64,000 nt of DNA from Macrostomum hystrix (lineage: Eukaryota > Animalia > Platyhelminthes). The position numbers and the translations under genes were made by a program. The notes beneath the pieces are model-generated. The model was not told the origin of the DNA, made no database searches, and saw nothing but the letters and a program-made list of their open reading frames with translations. The first letter of the stretch is position 1, and every line of letters starts with the position of its first letter. Positions 62,219 through 64,000 of the stretch are shown piece after piece. The stretch spans positions 7,068,001 to 7,132,000 of the forward strand of contig CATNEN010000038.1 in NCBI GenBank assembly GCA_950097015.1. The letters are read 5' to 3'.

Positions 62219-62850
62219 TCAAAGTTCAAACTCGATGGGGATGCGGTGCTCGGCATTGCCGTCCTTCCTGATCAAGCACTCGGCGGCGGCAGCATCTGGC
62301 TCTGCGGTGATGACGTTGTGCACGACGGTGCTGGTGCCTTCCTTGACGGTCAACTTGTCGCTCTTGTTGGCGAACTCGCTCAGTTTGGTCATGAAGAACT
62401 GGGCCTCGCGGCTGATGACGGCGCCGAACTCGTTTTTGGCCTGGCAGACGATGCTCCTGGTCAAGTACACGAACCGCGGGTTGACGATCACCAGCTGGCT
62501 GCGCTCTTCGATGCTGTCGGGTGGGCACTGGTGAGCCTTGCAGTCGTGCTTCAGGTTGAAGAAGGCGGTGGTGGTGGTGGTGATGGACGCCTCCTTCAGC
62601 GGCTCGTGCGGGTTGATGATGATCTTGGCGTCCATGAGCTCAGCAGAGACTGGTTCTCGGCCTTTTTGATGAAGTGCCTCTCGATGGTCGTCTTGGGCGC
62701 GCCGTAGGCCAGGCAGTTGAAGGTGACGATGAATGGCTTGACCTCCTTCTTGGCGTCTGCTGGCAGGTTGACCATGGAGTCGGCGATGAACAGGTGCTCG
62801 GGCTCCATCTGGAACTGCGGTCTCTGGGCGGCCGGGTGCTTTGAGCTACT
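62219..62850 (-). pseudogene. Frameshifted Ig-superfamily (contactin/L1-like) fragment
   Basis: PQFQMEPEH..VTFNCLAYGAPK in one frame and CQAKNEFGAVISREA..LTVKEG in another, with the shift near 62640. The expected DxGxY motif is missing and no flanking exons were recognised. Confidence 0.6.
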
Positions 62851-63418
62851 ACTTGTATATTGCCGACGCATGTCAAAGAGAAAAAACTTTAAGTGTGGTC
62901 AAACAAAGACAACGTGCAGCAAAGTGCAGCAAAGTCTTTATTTGCATACAGCGCACGAGTCCGTTATACACCATACCATTTTAGTGGCCGTGTGCCTTGT
63001 GCTTCAGTCTGAGTTTGAGCGGGACTAGGTTAAGCTGTCTTTGTGCCAGGGCGCCTGTCTGCCTACCAATACGCGGCATCCATTCCTAACTCACCGCTGA
63101 AGCCTTCTGAAAATTCAAAGGCGCCACTTTGATGCCGCTGGCCTATGACAAAGCCATGGAGTAATAAAGTGTCATTGCTTTATTGCTGTTTTACTGAATA
63201 GAACTTTAGGTCGTTTGAAAGCTAAAAATGTGTCTGTTCTAAGTTTATTGAACCTTGTTGATTTCATATCAAGATTTAAATTTGTCCAGTTTTTTTTATT
63301 TAGAAGAGTAAATAAAACTTTTGTTTGAAACTAAACTGGACTAAGGACATTAAAAGAATTAAAAAAAACTCGCTACAGTACCTCTGGGTATTCCAGAAAA
63401 CTGGCCAAGGAATCTTTC

Positions 63419-64000
63419 ATTGGGACGAAAGATTCCTTGGCCAGTTTTCCTCCGATGGAGGAGTTTCATTGGGTCTAAAGATTCCTTGGCCAGTTTTCCT
63501 CCGACGGAGGAGTTTCATTGGGACGAAAGATTCCTTGGCCAGTTTTCCTCCGACGGAGGAGTTTCATTGGGTCTAAAGATTCCTTGGCCAGTTTTCCTCC
63601 GACGGAGGAGTTTCATTGGGACGAAAGATTCCTTGGCCAGTTTTCCTCCGACGGAGGAGTTTCATTGGGACGAAAGATTCCTTGGCCAGTTTTCCTCCGA
63701 CGGAGGAGTTTCATTGGGACGAAAGATTCCTTGGCCAGTTTTCCTCCGATGGAGGAGTTTCATTGGGACGAAAGATTCCTTGGCCAGTTTTCCTCCGACG
63801 GAGGAGTTTCATTAGGACGAAAGATTCCTTGGCCAGTTTTCCTCCGATGGAGGAGTTTCATAGGGTCTTAAGATTCCTTGGACAGTTTTCCTCCGATGGA
63901 GGAGTTTCATTGGGACGAAAGATTCCTTGGACAGTTTTCCTCCGATGGAGGAGTTTCATTAGGACGAAAGATTCCTTGGCCAGTTTTCCTCCGATGGAGG
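63419..64000. repeat. Satellite, 49-bp unit (gggacgaaagattccttggccagttttcctccgacggaggagtttcatt), at least 11 copies, runs off the window end
   Basis: Direct tandem repeat with 49-nt period and an internal hairpin tcctccg-a-cggagga. Confidence 0.95.

Noticed and set aside
63450-63530. Hammerhead-ribozyme-like string cggaggag-tttc-att-gggac-gaaa in the 49-bp unit
   Set aside because: The core is CGGAGGA/TGGAGGA rather than CUGANGA, and stems I and III could not be formed convincingly; an Infernal search would settle it.

Overview
Eukaryotic (metazoan, invertebrate) genomic DNA: GT-AG spliced genes with GC-rich exons in AT-rich, transposon- and minisatellite-rich surroundings. The style is reminiscent of a free-living flatworm such as Macrostomum, but this is an inference and was not verified. 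No prokaryotic features were seen. Gene models assembled by hand from splice sites and frame phase: (1) two paralogous mucin-like genes on the minus strand (one with a >1.2-kb GPTTAGTAGTGG repeat exon; one with a SEA-like domain and TM helix) flanking a divergent class-A GPCR; (2) a small orphan 3-exon gene; (3) a tandem pair of probably secreted proteins with 2 divergent C-type-lectin-like domains and 8 CCP/sushi domains; (4) a Spinster-family MFS transporter; (5) a 16-exon secreted Lys/Arg/Cys-rich protein of about 24 four-cysteine modules in an ABCD super-repeat; (6) a frameshifted contactin-like Ig fragment. In the tandem pair, the 5' exons are divergent, the last three exons are about 98-99% identical, and the introns between those exons are unrelated. 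Mobile DNA: an intact DD34E Tc1 element plus a decayed relative, a long-armed fold-back Tc1/IS630 derivative, a hAT MITE with 8-bp TSD nested in a BEL/Pao remnant, a Gypsy integrase/LTR remnant, CORE-like tRNA SINEs, LINE 3' ends and several minisatellites. All identities and counts were estimated by eye.
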